Positions 9,654-19,844 of a DNA stretch of 64,000 bases are shown here, piece after piece (the first letter of the stretch is position 1; every line of letters begins with the position of its first letter). This stretch comes from an uncultured delta proteobacterium. GTDB lineage: Bacteria; Desulfobacterota; Zymogenia; Zymogenales; Zymogenaceae. Location: contig CAWBYW010000007.1 of the NCBI GenBank assembly GCA_963792965.1, positions 256,001-320,000 on the forward strand. Reading direction: 5' to 3'. The translations under genes and the position numbers were made by a program. The notes under the pieces are model-generated. The model was given only the letters and a program-made list of their open reading frames with translations, did not search any database and was not told where the DNA came from.

Positions 9654-11390
9654 ATGAGAAAGGTCTGGATTTTGGCAATAGTCGCTCTGGCCCTGGTTGC
9701 GACCAACATCCCTTCATTTTCCGCGGAGACTACCTTCTCGGGCAGCTATCGAATACGCTCGGTGATCGATTACAACTGGGAAAAGCAAAACATGGCAAAT
9801 CACCCCGAAGGCAGAGATCTCTATACGGGCTACTTCGACCAGAGATTCAGGCTCACCATTACGCATAAGCGGAGCGAGTACCTCAAGGCCGTTGTAACCA
9901 TCGACCTAGCCGAGGATATCTGGGGCCAGCAGAGAGGGATGCGCTTCAACGATAGCGACGGCACCACCGATGGATTTGTCAACTCGGCCTACATCGAGGC
10001 GCTCACCCCCATCGGCCTTTTCCAGCTCGGAACAAACGGCGAAAACCGGTTCGGCTACGGCCTGTGGTCCGACTCGGGGGTCAGGGGCAACGGAACCAAC
10101 AACGCGACCATTACCTACGCCGTCAAGGTCGGCAACTTCATCGCCACCGCGAGCTATGTAAAATATATCGACTGGGTGCAGTCAGTCTTTACGATACCCA
10201 TATTCCCCGGTACTCATCTTTCCGATCTTACGGGCGGCCCCACGTCCACCTACTACAACGATGATATCGACACGTACATAGTGACCGCTCACTATATCAC
10301 CGATAAATGGAAGGTCGGCGGCCTCTTCCAGTGGATCCTCGACCCCAAAATCCTCGGCGCGGTGGTTATGGCGCGAGGCGTCGCCGATATCGGTGGTTTC
10401 CCCGGGTCCTTCAGGGGGGAGGAACAGTGGATGTCCCCGTTGGGAGTGCCGTCGATTGCTTTAAACGGCGGCCTTTACTGGCCGACCCCTGCCGGCCCGA
10501 ACGCGGTCGGTTTCGGGCGCGCCGGCATGTACGGTGCCAACCTCCTCGCATGGGACATCTACGGCGACGTAAAACTCCTCAATGACAGGTTGGAGATCAA
10601 GGGTGAGTTCCTCCGGGTCTGGGGGAAGAGCAATCGTAACGCACTCGGAGACGCGTACAACAACTATCTGGCAACACGGGTAGTTCTCCCACCGCTTTCC
10701 GTCTACCGGATTCCCGAGACGATCGTCGTCGACGGCATGACCGCCTACCTGGACGTCTCATATGACTTTGATGCCTGGAAGGTCGGCGTCGCCGCCCTCT
10801 ACGGTTCGGGAGAGAACCACTGGCGGGCTTTTACGCAGTCGCATTACAACCTAAACACTACCGGTAATTTTGACTTTCACTGGAGTAACATCATCGTACC
10901 GGGCGATTGGATGTACCTTGGCTCCACGGGATCCGGCAATTTCTATAGTTTCCCTCTTGGTCTCGGCGACAACCCCGAGAACATCACCTCGGTGAAGCTT
11001 TACTGGTCGGCAACCCCGACGGAAAAGCTCGAGATTCGCGGCGCGTTCGTATGGGCCAAGTATACAAACCCCGTCGGCCGGTACGCACGGGATGCGGCAG
11101 GCAACCTGGTCCCCAACTGGAACGCCTTCTACGGCCATCCGATGAATTACATACAACAGTCCAGTTTAATACCCGGCAACACCTATATCCCGGCGGGTGT
11201 GAGCGATCAGCTCGGCTGGGAGATCGATCTCGGGGCGACCTACAAGATCATGGAAGGACTGACCTTGGATTCGGACTTCGGCGTCCTGTTTACCGGGGCT
11301 GCCTTCGATTATCGCAATCCCGCCACCTTAGAGCGGGAGAGCTGGGGGCCGATCTATCGCTGGATCAATACGCTTACCTATGAGTTCTAA
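9654..11390 (+). CDS. Outer-membrane beta-barrel (porin-like) protein
   Basis: AGGAGG then ATG 9654; signal peptide MRKVWILAIVALALVATNIPSFSA; FSGSYRIR..YFDQRFRL start; C-terminal LTYEF beta-signal. Confidence 0.8.
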   Translation: MRKVWILAIVALALVATNIPSFSAETTFSGSYRIRSVIDYNWEKQNMANHPEGRDLYTGYFDQRFRLTITHKRSEYLKAVVTIDLAEDIWGQQRGMRFNDSDGTTDGFVNSAYIEALTPIGLFQLGTNGENRFGYGLWSDSGVRGNGTNNATITYAVKVGNFIATASYVKYIDWVQSVFTIPIFPGTHLSDLTGGPTSTYYNDDIDTYIVTAHYITDKWKVGGLFQWILDPKILGAVVMARGVADIGGFPGSFRGEEQWMSPLGVPSIALNGGLYWPTPAGPNAVGFGRAGMYGANLLAWDIYGDVKLLNDRLEIKGEFLRVWGKSNRNALGDAYNNYLATRVVLPPLSVYRIPETIVVDGMTAYLDVSYDFDAWKVGVAALYGSGENHWRAFTQSHYNLNTTGNFDFHWSNIIVPGDWMYLGSTGSGNFYSFPLGLGDNPENITSVKLYWSATPTEKLEIRGAFVWAKYTNPVGRYARDAAGNLVPNWNAFYGHPMNYIQQSSLIPGNTYIPAGVSDQLGWEIDLGATYKIMEGLTLDSDFGVLFTGAAFDYRNPATLERESWGPIYRWINTLTYEF

Positions 11391-11423
11391 ACAGCGCGTT
11401 TCTCAGACGATACGCCGATGACG

Positions 11424-11447
11424 AGGGGGGCTGAAAGCCCCCCTTTT
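11424..11447 (+). terminator. Intrinsic terminator after the porin gene
   Basis: AGGGGGGCT-GAA-AGCCCCCCT followed by TTT. Confidence 0.75.
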
Positions 11448-11520
11448 CCTTAGGCGATTAGTGAGAACAGAGGAGAACAGGAATGCTAAGAAGATTCAGT
11501 AGCAAACCTGGTAACAGACG

Positions 11521-11554
11521 AAATAAAAGGGATTACGGAAGACCGTAACCCCTT
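11521..11554 (-). terminator. Intrinsic terminator after tRNA-Asn
   Basis: Minus strand AAGGGGTTACGG-TCTT-CCGTAATCCCTT then TTATTT. Confidence 0.75.
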
Positions 11555-11562
11555 AATAGTGC

Positions 11563-11638
11563 TGGCTCCCCGGGCAGGACTCGAACCTGCGGCATGATGG
11601 TTAACAGCCATCCGCTCTACCGACTGAGCTACCGAGGA
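11563..11638 (-). tRNA. tRNA-Asn(GTT)
   Basis: Cloverleaf TCCTCGG..GATGG-CTGTTAA-CCATC..GGTTCGAGTCC..GGGGAGCCA. Confidence 0.97.
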
Positions 11639-11712
11639 ATATGTAATTCTATTATACTACCAGACGAAAGAATAATTTCAAGAAAAAAAAGGCCGTCTCT
11701 AAAATATCGGCC

Positions 11713-12306
11713 TTATCCACCCGCCCCCTTTCTCAGTTCGATGAGCACGAGTTTAGCGACCGCTTTGAGCGTTTCGAAAACGCCGGTCCCCTCGGTGGCC
11801 ACCGACTCAAAGTCGGGCACAGTATTGGGGTTGAGTAGCGATTTCATCTCGGTGACCGGCGCGGCGTTCGGCAGGTCCCGCTTGTTATATTGCACGACGT
11901 AGGGAATCACCTCAAGGTTATAGCCCTGCTCGATAAGGTTTGATTTCAGGTTCTCGATGCTCTCGATATTGGCCTCCATCCGCTCGATCTGGGAATCGGC
12001 CACGAAGACGACGCCGTCCACCCCCTTCAATATCAGCTTCCGGCTCGCATCGTAGAAGACCTGGCCCGGCACCGTGTAGAGATGGAACCGGGTCTTGAAC
12101 CCCCTGATCTCGCCGAGTGAAAGGGGTAGGAAGTCGAAAAAGAGCGTCCTCTCGGTCTCGGTCGCCAGGGAAATCATCTTTCCCTTGGCGTCCGGGTTGG
12201 TCTTTTTATATATCCATTGGAGATTTGTCGTCTTGCCGCAGAGACCGGGACCGTAATAGACGATCTTGCAGTTTATCTCTCGTGCTGGATAATTGATGAA
12301 GGACAT
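11713..12306 (-). CDS. mglA: Small GTPase MglA
   Basis: [51 protein letters not shown]. Confidence 0.97.
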   Translation of the reverse strand: MSFINYPAREINCKIVYYGPGLCGKTTNLQWIYKKTNPDAKGKMISLATETERTLFFDFLPLSLGEIRGFKTRFHLYTVPGQVFYDASRKLILKGVDGVVFVADSQIERMEANIESIENLKSNLIEQGYNLEVIPYVVQYNKRDLPNAAPVTEMKSLLNPNTVPDFESVATEGTGVFETLKAVAKLVLIELRKGAGG

Positions 12307-12322
12307 CGAATACCGCTCTCCT

Positions 12323-12811
12323 CTATTCGCTAAAGAGCCTGTCTATATCTTCGTCGGTAATCTCCGCAAAGGGCGAAGCGCCCTCGGCCGTCTTCGCCTC
12401 GACCTTCTTGAGCAGATCATCGAAGATGACGGTCAAGTCTTCTCCGGCTTTTTTCGCCCTCAGCCGAACCAGCCCGAGGGAGGACCGCTCGTCGAAGATG
12501 ATCACCATGATGACGCGCCGGCCCACGATCGAGATATAGATATTATCCCGATACCCCTCGTGGAAGATGATGGTAAATTCTTTCTCCCCGAGGAGTTTCG
12601 CGATGCTCCCCGTGGCGGCGATGTTTCCTGCCGTCAGCGAAGCCAGAGAGGTTGTGTCGAGGTTCTCCGTCTCACCGGTGCTGGCGATGAGCTGCCCGTT
12701 TCTGTCTACTAAGAAAATGACCTTGGAGTTGGTTTCGGAGTAGAGTTTCGTCAAGACATCGTTGATCTTTTTGAACTCTTCTTCGTAGAGGATAAGCTGT
12801 GTGAAGCTCAT
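12323..12811 (-). CDS. mglB: Roadblock/LC7 GAP MglB
   Basis: [45 protein letters not shown]. Confidence 0.95.
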   Translation of the reverse strand: MSFTQLILYEEEFKKINDVLTKLYSETNSKVIFLVDRNGQLIASTGETENLDTTSLASLTAGNIAATGSIAKLLGEKEFTIIFHEGYRDNIYISIVGRRVIMVIIFDERSSLGLVRLRAKKAGEDLTVIFDDLLKKVEAKTAEGASPFAEITDEDIDRLFSE

Positions 12812-12894
12812 CTACTGTCTCCCAAAATAGCCCGCGTACCCAAGAGTTTCATTTATACCAAAGGGTAATGAAAATATCAACACTTTTTTCAATT

Positions 12895-13614
12895 TTATCT
12901 ACAACTGAAACAGAGATCGTAGAAATCCTCGGGCAGGTTTGCGATCTTTCTGATGTAGTCAAGCTGCCTCTTCGGCCCGATATACATCCCACAATTCTTG
13001 CACGTTGCGAGCTCAAACTCGACCTTCCAGTTGTAGATATACCGCTTGCCGTCCCTATCCTCCATCTTGATATAGTTCGTGGGACATACCCAGACGCACG
13101 AGCCGCAGCCGATGCAGGTCTCCGACGCCTCCGCAAACGGCGTCGTCGGCATGCGCTTGGGACCACGGTAAGAGAAGCCGAGCGCGTTGACCCCCACCAC
13201 CTCGCTGCACGCCCGCACACACTGACCACAGACGATGCAGTCGTCGTCGGTCTCAACGAGCCTTCCCCCTTTCACGCCGAGACGATCGGCCAGGGCGAGT
13301 ATCGTCTTGTTTTTCGGTGCCCGCGCCAACAAGAGCTCCATGATCACGTTCCTGGTCTTGACGACCTTTTCCGTATCGGTCCTTACGATCAAGCCCTCCT
13401 CCGCCGGATAGTTGCAGGAGGTCACGACCCGCGTCCTTCCGGCCCTCTCGATCTCAACCAGACACATGCGGCACGCACCGTAGGGCACGAGGGCGTCGTT
13501 GTTGCAGAGCGTCGGGATATAGACGTTTTTCTTACGGGCGGCTATCAGGATGGGCTGCCCCGCTTTAACCTTCTCGGGGGAATCGTTGAGCGTAATGGTA
13601 ATCATATCGTCCAT
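12895..13614 (-). CDS. Short NuoG/HoxU/BamI-like Fe-S subunit (2Fe-2S + 2x4Fe-4S, no catalytic domain)
   Basis: IPTLC..GACRMCLVE..TSC; CIVCGQCVRAC; CIGCGSCVWVCP; C-terminal CxxC..CxxC; start estimated at ATG 13614. Confidence 0.85.
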   Translation of the reverse strand: MDDMITITLNDSPEKVKAGQPILIAARKKNVYIPTLCNNDALVPYGACRMCLVEIERAGRTRVVTSCNYPAEEGLIVRTDTEKVVKTRNVIMELLLARAPKNKTILALADRLGVKGGRLVETDDDCIVCGQCVRACSEVVGVNALGFSYRGPKRMPTTPFAEASETCIGCGSCVWVCPTNYIKMEDRDGKRYIYNWKVEFELATCKNCGMYIGPKRQLDYIRKIANLPEDFYDLCFSCR

Positions 13615-13622
13615 GGAAACCT

Positions 13623-15497
13623 CTACCGTATTTTCACCGCGTCCACCGGGCAGATCTCGAAGCATGCCCGGCAGCGGATGCAGATCGATTCGTCGATAAC
13701 GTGGGGGACTTTCTTCTCGCCCGTGATACAGTCGACCGGGCAGACCTTCTTACACTTGCCGCAGGCGATGCAGGTCTCTTTGTCGATAAAGAGCGTAATC
13801 AGCTTTGCGCAAACACAGGCGGGGCACTTCTTGTCACGGATGTGGGCCTCGTATTCATCACGGAAGTACCTGATGGTCGACATGACCGGGTTGGGAGCGC
13901 TGCTGCCGAGCCCGCAGAGCGAGCCGAGCATCATCCCTTGGCCGATCTCCTCCAACAGCTCTATGTCGCCTTCCTTTCCGTTTCCTTCTGTGATGCGGGT
14001 GAGTATTGCGAGGTACTGTGGAAGCCCCTCCCGGCACGGGGTGCACTTTCCGCACGACTCATCAACAAGGAAGTTGATGAAGTAGCGCGCCACGTCCACC
14101 ATGCAGTTCCCCTCGTCCATGACGATCATGCCGCCCGATCCCATCATCGACCCGAGCTTAGTCAGCTCGTCGAAGTCCACCGGCGTGTCAAGGTAGGACG
14201 CGGGGATGCATCCGCCGGACGGCCCACCTGTTTGAACGGCCTTGAACTTCTTGTCACCCCGGATGCCGCCGCCGATATCGTAGATGATCTCGCGCAGCGT
14301 CAGCCCCATGGGCACCTCGACCAGGCCGACGTTCTTGACGTTTCCTACCAGGGAGAAGACCTTGGTGCCTTTGCTGTTTTGAGTCCCGATGCTCTTAAAC
14401 CAGTCGGCGCCCCGCGTGATGATCAAGGGGACGTTGGCCCAGGTTTCCACGTTATTGAGGTTGGTGGGCATGTCCCAGAGGCCCTTCTCGGAGGTGTGGA
14501 TATATTTCGCCTGTGGCTCGCCGGCCTTACCCATGATTGACTGCATGAGGGCCGAAGACTCGCCGCAGACGAACGCCCCGCCGCCCCGATTTATCTCGAC
14601 GTCAAAGGAAAAGCCGCTTCCCAGGATGTTATCGCCCAAGAGCCCATATTCCTTGGCGTCTGTGATGGCCTGTGCGAGGTTCTTGACCGCCAGCGGGTAT
14701 TCCATCCTGACGTAGATGTATCCTTTCGGGGCGCCGATGGCAAACGCGCCGATAATCATTCCCTCGATGACGCTGTGAGGGGCTGCCTCCATGATCGAGC
14801 GGTCCATGAAGGCCCCGGGATCTCCCTCGTCGCCGTTGCAGACGACGTATCTGGTCGTGCCCGGCGCTTTCTTCGTCGTTCGCCACTTCCGCCCGGCCAC
14901 GAAACCGCCCCCGCCGCGTCCCCTCAATCCCGCCTTCTCCACCTCATCGATGATCCGGTCGGGTTCCAGCTCGGTCAGCGCCTTGGCGAGGCCCGCGTAG
15001 CCACCATGTGCGATGTAGTCGTCGATATCCGTGGGAACGATCTTCCCGTTGTCCCTGAGCACCAGCCTCATCTGGTGCTTATAGAAGGGGATGTCTTCCT
15101 CATGAGCGATCTTCTGCTTGGTATTCGGGTCCTGATAGAGGAACTTATCGTGGGGCACGCCCTCCACGAGGGTCTTCGTGATCAATTCGCCGACCGCTTT
15201 TGCGGTCACCTTCTGATAGAAGATCCGCTGTGGCGCGAAGATGACCAGCGGCCCGCGCTCACAAAACCCTGCGCAGCCGGTCATCCGCACGTTGACGTTG
15301 GCCTGTATCCCCTGATTTTTCAGCTCTTCCTCGAAGGCTCGGGCGACATCGAGGCTCCCGTTGGAGAGGCACCCCGTCCCGCCGCAGACGAAGATCGTCT
15401 GCTGATTCGGGTCCTGTTTTTCAAGGATCGATTTTCGATGGGCTTCAAGAGCAGCCGCCGATTCCAGTCTCATCGCATCAAACCTTTTTAGTGCCAC
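13623..15497 (-). CDS. HydB/NuoF-like FMN/NAD(P)-binding subunit
   Basis: [42 protein letters not shown]-terminal 2Fe-2S domain and C-terminal 2x4Fe-4S domain. Confidence 0.93.
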   Translation of the reverse strand: MALKRFDAMRLESAAALEAHRKSILEKQDPNQQTIFVCGGTGCLSNGSLDVARAFEEELKNQGIQANVNVRMTGCAGFCERGPLVIFAPQRIFYQKVTAKAVGELITKTLVEGVPHDKFLYQDPNTKQKIAHEEDIPFYKHQMRLVLRDNGKIVPTDIDDYIAHGGYAGLAKALTELEPDRIIDEVEKAGLRGRGGGGFVAGRKWRTTKKAPGTTRYVVCNGDEGDPGAFMDRSIMEAAPHSVIEGMIIGAFAIGAPKGYIYVRMEYPLAVKNLAQAITDAKEYGLLGDNILGSGFSFDVEINRGGGAFVCGESSALMQSIMGKAGEPQAKYIHTSEKGLWDMPTNLNNVETWANVPLIITRGADWFKSIGTQNSKGTKVFSLVGNVKNVGLVEVPMGLTLREIIYDIGGGIRGDKKFKAVQTGGPSGGCIPASYLDTPVDFDELTKLGSMMGSGGMIVMDEGNCMVDVARYFINFLVDESCGKCTPCREGLPQYLAILTRITEGNGKEGDIELLEEIGQGMMLGSLCGLGSSAPNPVMSTIRYFRDEYEAHIRDKKCPACVCAKLITLFIDKETCIACGKCKKVCPVDCITGEKKVPHVIDESICIRCRACFEICPVDAVKIR

Positions 15498-15682
15498 CCG
15501 TCGACATCCGGAGGATGCGTGCGGGGCTGGGCAAAGAGTATGTGATAAAGAGATCTATTGAGAGGACGTTGCCTACCTCACGATAAAGGCGATGTGCCGT
15601 CTCTCTTCAGATCCGACCTGATTAACGTCTTTCGCTCAAAGAGCCGTAACGATGCGCAGCGCCGCCGAGACGGCATATGTGG

Positions 15683-16151
15683 TCAGCTCTTCGTCTTATA
15701 GAGATCCAATATCTTCTTGATCTTATCGAGCGTCATCTTCCCGTGGTTTTCCTCGTCAACCTGCACCAGCGGCGCAAGGGCGCAGGCACCCAGGCAGTTG
15801 ACCGTCTCAAGGGTAAACTGCTTGTCCTTCGTCGTCTGGCCCGCCTTGACCCCGAGGGTGCCGCTCGAATCCTTCGGCGATCCGCTTCCCCCCGGAGATG
15901 TGGCACGCCGTTCCGAGGCATACCCGGACCTCGTGCATACCACGGGGGACGAGCGAAAAGGTCTTATAGAAGGTGGCGACATGATATATCTGCGGCTCGG
16001 GGATGCTCAGCACCTCGGAGAGCCTCCTGACCGCCTCGCGCGGCACATATCGAAACCGCGTCTGGATATCCTGCAGCATCAGTATGACCCTCGAGGGGTT
16101 CTTCCCGTAGTTCTCGATAACGTCGTCAACCTGCGATACATCGTAATCCAT
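15683..16151 (-). CDS. HydC/NuoE-like 2Fe-2S subunit; apparent +1 frameshift near 15862
   Basis: VATFY..VCLGTACH in one frame and TLGVKAGQTT..FTLETVNCLGACALAP in the next; removing one base joins them. Confidence 0.88.
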
Positions 16152-16154
16152 GGC

Positions 16155-17093
16155 TCACCCGATCTCTAGTTTTGTCAGCGCGACGAGTTTTTCGTATTCT
16201 TCCGTCACCCGCCTCTGGATGAGGTCGATGTCCTTGTCCGTGAGGTGCCGAAATCTCCCCTGTCCCGCAAGGTAGTCCCGGACCGGCCTCAGCTTCGGCA
16301 CGTCCATGGTGAGGCGATACTTTCCCTTCACGACCTCAAAGAGCGGGAATGCCCCGGTTTCAACGGCGAGCCTCCCGTACTTGATGGCCAGATGCGACGG
16401 GATGCGCCAGCCGGTGGGGCAGACCGACAGGACATGGAGGTAGGCAGGTCCCCCCGACTCGATGGCCCGCCCTACCTTTGTCTGGAGATCGAAGGGATAG
16501 CTCGAGCAGGACGTGGCGACGTACGGAATATTATGCGCCACGGCGATGGCCGCCATGTTCTTTTTCCACGTATGCTGTCCGACCGAGTCCTTCCCCGCGG
16601 GCGACGTCGTCGTTGCGGCGCCGTAGGGGGTTGAGCTTGACCGCTGGATGCCGGTGTTCATGTACGCCTCGTTATCGAAGCAGACGTAGATGAAGTCCTC
16701 GTGCATACGCTCCAGCGCCCCAGAAAGCGCCTGGAGCCCGATATCGGTCGTCCCGCCGTCGCCGCCCATACCCACCGAGATAATCCGCTTCTTCGGGATC
16801 TTCCCTTTTCGCTTCAGCGCCTTTAAGCCCGCGGCTACGCCCGAGGCGACCGCGGCCGCGTTCTCGAACGTAACGTGGATCCAGGGCACCTTCCAGGAGG
16901 TCAGCGGCAGCGGAGAGGAAACGATCTCCATGCAACCCGTGGCGTTGGAGATGACGATGTCCCGCCCGAGGGCCTTTAACACGTGCCGGACGGCCAGCGC
17001 CTCCGCGCAACCCTGACAGGCCCGATGGCCGGAGGTGAAGTTTTCTTCCCGGTTGGTCAGATTGGGAACGTAGACGGTATATTGGTCGATCAT
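16155..17093 (-). CDS. porB: Pyruvate/2-oxoacid:ferredoxin oxidoreductase beta subunit
   Basis: GHRACQGC, NATGCMEI, GGDGGT TPP motif, DNEAYMNTGIQRS, CPTGW. Confidence 0.93.
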   Translation of the reverse strand: MIDQYTVYVPNLTNREENFTSGHRACQGCAEALAVRHVLKALGRDIVISNATGCMEIVSSPLPLTSWKVPWIHVTFENAAAVASGVAAGLKALKRKGKIPKKRIISVGMGGDGGTTDIGLQALSGALERMHEDFIYVCFDNEAYMNTGIQRSSSTPYGAATTTSPAGKDSVGQHTWKKNMAAIAVAHNIPYVATSCSSYPFDLQTKVGRAIESGGPAYLHVLSVCPTGWRIPSHLAIKYGRLAVETGAFPLFEVVKGKYRLTMDVPKLRPVRDYLAGQGRFRHLTDKDIDLIQRRVTEEYEKLVALTKLEIG

Positions 17094-18265
17094 TCTCTCA
17101 CCCCCACCATCACGAATTCATTCCACCTCCCCTTCTTTACGCCGTCCATCGCCGCATCATACATCTCGATGAACTTCTCAGGCGGGACGTCCCTGCCCGA
17201 GAGGCCGGCGATGTACGAAAAAACGTTGGGCCGCTTGTCGAGACGGTAGAGAGCCGTCTTGATCTCGGAGGCCAGCGGCCCGCCGACCCCGCCCACCGAG
17301 AGGGCCCGATCCACCACGAGGAGATTCCTGAATTTCTCAAGCGTGCTGATCACATCATCGTACGGGAAGGGCCGAAAGAGCCGGAACTTTACCAGCCCCA
17401 CCTTCTTACCCTCGTCTCTGAGCCGATCGACGACCTCCATGCCGAGCTCCCCGTAGCTCCCGATCGTCACGAAGACGGTGTCGGCGTCATCAGTCCGGTA
17501 TTCCTCCAGCGGCGTGTAGCGCCGACCCGTGATCCGCTCCCATTCTTCCCACACCTGTGTGATCACCGCGTAGGAGCCGCGCAGCGTCGCGTCGTGGGCC
17601 TTCTTGGTCTCGGTAAACATCTCCGGCATGGCAAAGGCGCCCATCGTCACGGGGTGGTCCGGGTGGAGGGTATAGAGGGGAGCGAACGGGGGCAGGAAAT
17701 CTCTCACCGTTTTTTCATCCATCGTCTCGAAGGGCTCGATGACATGGCTGAGGATAAATCCGTCCATATTGATCGCGACGGGCAAGAGCACCCTTCGGTC
17801 TTCCGCGATCTTGAAGGCACAGATCGTCTGGTCGAAGCTCTCCTGTCCGCTCTCTGCAAATATCATAATCCAGCCGCAGTCCCGGTTGGCCATGATGTCG
17901 CTCTGATCATTCCAGATCGAGAGGGGCGCAGACAACGTCCGGTTGACCACCGTCATCACGATAGGAAGCTGCATCGCCGATACGACGTAGAGGAGCTCGC
18001 TCATGAGCTGCAGCCCCTGGGAGCTCGTGGCGGTATACGTGCGGGCGCCGGCCGCCGAGCTTCCGGCGCAGGCGCTCATCGCCGAGTGCTCGCTCTCCAC
18101 GCAGATATATTCCGCGTCTACCTTCCCGTCGGCCACCAGCTCCGACAGGTGCTCCACGATGTGGGTCTGGGGCGTAATGGGGTAGGCCGCGATAACGTCC
18201 ACGTCGACGAGCTTAACCGCCTCAGATACCATGAGTGATACTTCCATTCCGAGACGTTTGCCCAT
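17090..18265 (-). CDS. porA: Pyruvate/2-oxoacid:ferredoxin oxidoreductase alpha subunit
   Basis: AAYPITPQT, ESEHSAMS, TATSSQGL, NR.LSAPLSIWND. Confidence 0.93.
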   Translation of the reverse strand: MGKRLGMEVSLMVSEAVKLVDVDVIAAYPITPQTHIVEHLSELVADGKVDAEYICVESEHSAMSACAGSSAAGARTYTATSSQGLQLMSELLYVVSAMQLPIVMTVVNRTLSAPLSIWNDQSDIMANRDCGWIMIFAESGQESFDQTICAFKIAEDRRVLLPVAINMDGFILSHVIEPFETMDEKTVRDFLPPFAPLYTLHPDHPVTMGAFAMPEMFTETKKAHDATLRGSYAVITQVWEEWERITGRRYTPLEEYRTDDADTVFVTIGSYGELGMEVVDRLRDEGKKVGLVKFRLFRPFPYDDVISTLEKFRNLLVVDRALSVGGVGGPLASEIKTALYRLDKRPNVFSYIAGLSGRDVPPEKFIEMYDAAMDGVKKGRWNEFVMVGVRE

Positions 18266-18559
18266 TTACGCCACCTCCTCGATCATCGTGATGCAATGGG
18301 TGATACACTCATGGGCGCAGATACCGCATCCCTTGCAGTAATTGTAGTCGGCGGTAAAATAGCCGTCTTCCTTCCGGAAGATCGCATTGTCCGGGCAGAA
18401 ATTCCAGCAGATACCGCACTTGATGCACTTCTGCTCGTTCCATACGGGTCGCTGGGACTTCCAATCGCCGGTGTGATACACCACCGCGTTTCCCGGCTCA
18501 TCGATCACGTTTCCGGGGTTGAGGTCCCTGACCGTGTATTCTTCCATAGGCTTCGGCAC
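18266..18559 (-). CDS. porD: POR delta (ferredoxin) subunit
   Basis: TGDWKSQRP, CIKCGICWNFCPD, YCKGCGICAHEC. Confidence 0.92.
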   Translation of the reverse strand: MPKPMEEYTVRDLNPGNVIDEPGNAVVYHTGDWKSQRPVWNEQKCIKCGICWNFCPDNAIFRKEDGYFTADYNYCKGCGICAHECITHCITMIEEVA

Positions 18560-18562
18560 GGG

Positions 18563-19111
18563 TTATACCTCCATCTTCGTTTCGGCCAACGCCCTTTTCA
18601 TGGCATTAATATTCTTTTCGGCGATTCTGCCGAACCGGTTCTTGAGGGGCTCGATCATATCGTCTTCCTTGACCACATCCGACGTTGCCAAAAGCGCCCC
18701 GAGCATCGTCGTATTCGTGATGGGAAGTCCCAACGTCTCCTTGGCAATGGTAGTGGCGTCGACCACCGCCAGGCGCGTGGTATACCCAAACTGTTTCCTG
18801 AGGTCCGCGATGCTCTTGTGCGTATTAATGATGACGATCCCCCCCTCTTTCAGCCCCTTGGTGGGGTTGACGATGGTAAGGAGGCTCGGGTCGAGCACGA
18901 CCGCAACGTCCGGCTTGTATATTTTGGTCCGGAGCCTGATCGGTTTCGTGTCGATACGAGCAAACGCGATAACGGGGGCTCCCCGCCGCTCGGGACCGAA
19001 GTTGGGAAAGGCCTGGGCGTATTTCCCCTCGGAGATAGCAGCCAGCGCCAGCATCTCGGCAGAGGTCACCGCTCCCTGTCCCCCCCTCCCGTGGAATATA
19101 ATCTCTATCAC
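18563..19111 (-). CDS. porC: POR gamma subunit
   Basis: HGRGGQGAVT, FGPERRGAPV, NTTMLGA; GTG start after GGAGG. Confidence 0.92.
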   Translation of the reverse strand: MIEIIFHGRGGQGAVTSAEMLALAAISEGKYAQAFPNFGPERRGAPVIAFARIDTKPIRLRTKIYKPDVAVVLDPSLLTIVNPTKGLKEGGIVIINTHKSIADLRKQFGYTTRLAVVDATTIAKETLGLPITNTTMLGALLATSDVVKEDDMIEPLKNRFGRIAEKNINAMKRALAETKMEV

Positions 19112-19245
19112 GTAGCCTCCTGTCGAATAGGCAGGTGAGACGGGCGCGCGCACTTCCCGTATTGTCCTGCGAAAACGGAGAAGTATCTAATACCAAAAAT
19201 GTCAGCTTTGTCAAGGAAAATGGACAAGAGCACCCTCTTTCGTCG

Positions 19246-19842
19246 TCATAATTCGCGGCGATTCGTCAGGGCCGCCGTCAGTGTCTGAGAATCGAAATAT
19301 TCGATGTCTCCCCCCGCCGGGACACCCTCGGCGATTCGCGTGATCCGTACCCCCGTCCCGGAGAGTCGCTCCTGGATGTAGTGTGCGGTCACCTCCCCCT
19401 CTTTTGTAGGATTGGTTGCGATGATGATCTCCTTTACCGCCCCCGAGCCGATCCGATATTTCAGCTCGTCGATCCTCAGATCGTCGGGGCCGACACCCGA
19501 GATCGGAGAGAGGAGCCCGCCGAGGATATGATAGACTCCCCCGAAAGACCCGCTCTTCTCCATCGCCATGAGATCCCGGGGATCCTCCAGGACACAAATG
19601 ATCGAGTGGTCCCGCTTGGGACTGGCGCAGATCGGACACGGATCGGTCGTGGAGAAATTGAAGCAGTGCGAGCAGACCTTGATGGTGTCCTTGACCTGTG
19701 CGATCGCCTGCGCGATTCCCCGCGCGTCCCGCGCCGACATCGCGATGATGGCATAGGCGAACCGCTGGGCCGTCTTTTCACCGACCCCCGGCAGCCTTCT
19801 TAATGCATCGATAAGATCTTTGATCGGGTCTTCGTGGGGCAT
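19246..19842 (-). CDS. recR: Recombination mediator RecR
   Basis: LPGVGEKTAQR, C4 zinc finger, YHILGGLLSP, ATNPTKEGE. Confidence 0.96.
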   Translation of the reverse strand: MPHEDPIKDLIDALRRLPGVGEKTAQRFAYAIIAMSARDARGIAQAIAQVKDTIKVCSHCFNFSTTDPCPICASPKRDHSIICVLEDPRDLMAMEKSGSFGGVYHILGGLLSPISGVGPDDLRIDELKYRIGSGAVKEIIIATNPTKEGEVTAHYIQERLSGTGVRITRIAEGVPAGGDIEYFDSQTLTAALTNRREL

Positions 19843-19844
19843 CT

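Noticed and set aside
11400-11640. Genomic island at tRNA-Asn (also considered for tRNA-Arg and tRNA-Ala)
   Set aside because: No integrase and no duplicated tRNA 3' end was found by eye; xerD is the housekeeping recombinase
15660-15685. Selenocysteine readthrough at the NuoE-like TGA
   Set aside because: The protein is already full length, the position is not a Cys site, and the extension is not protein-like
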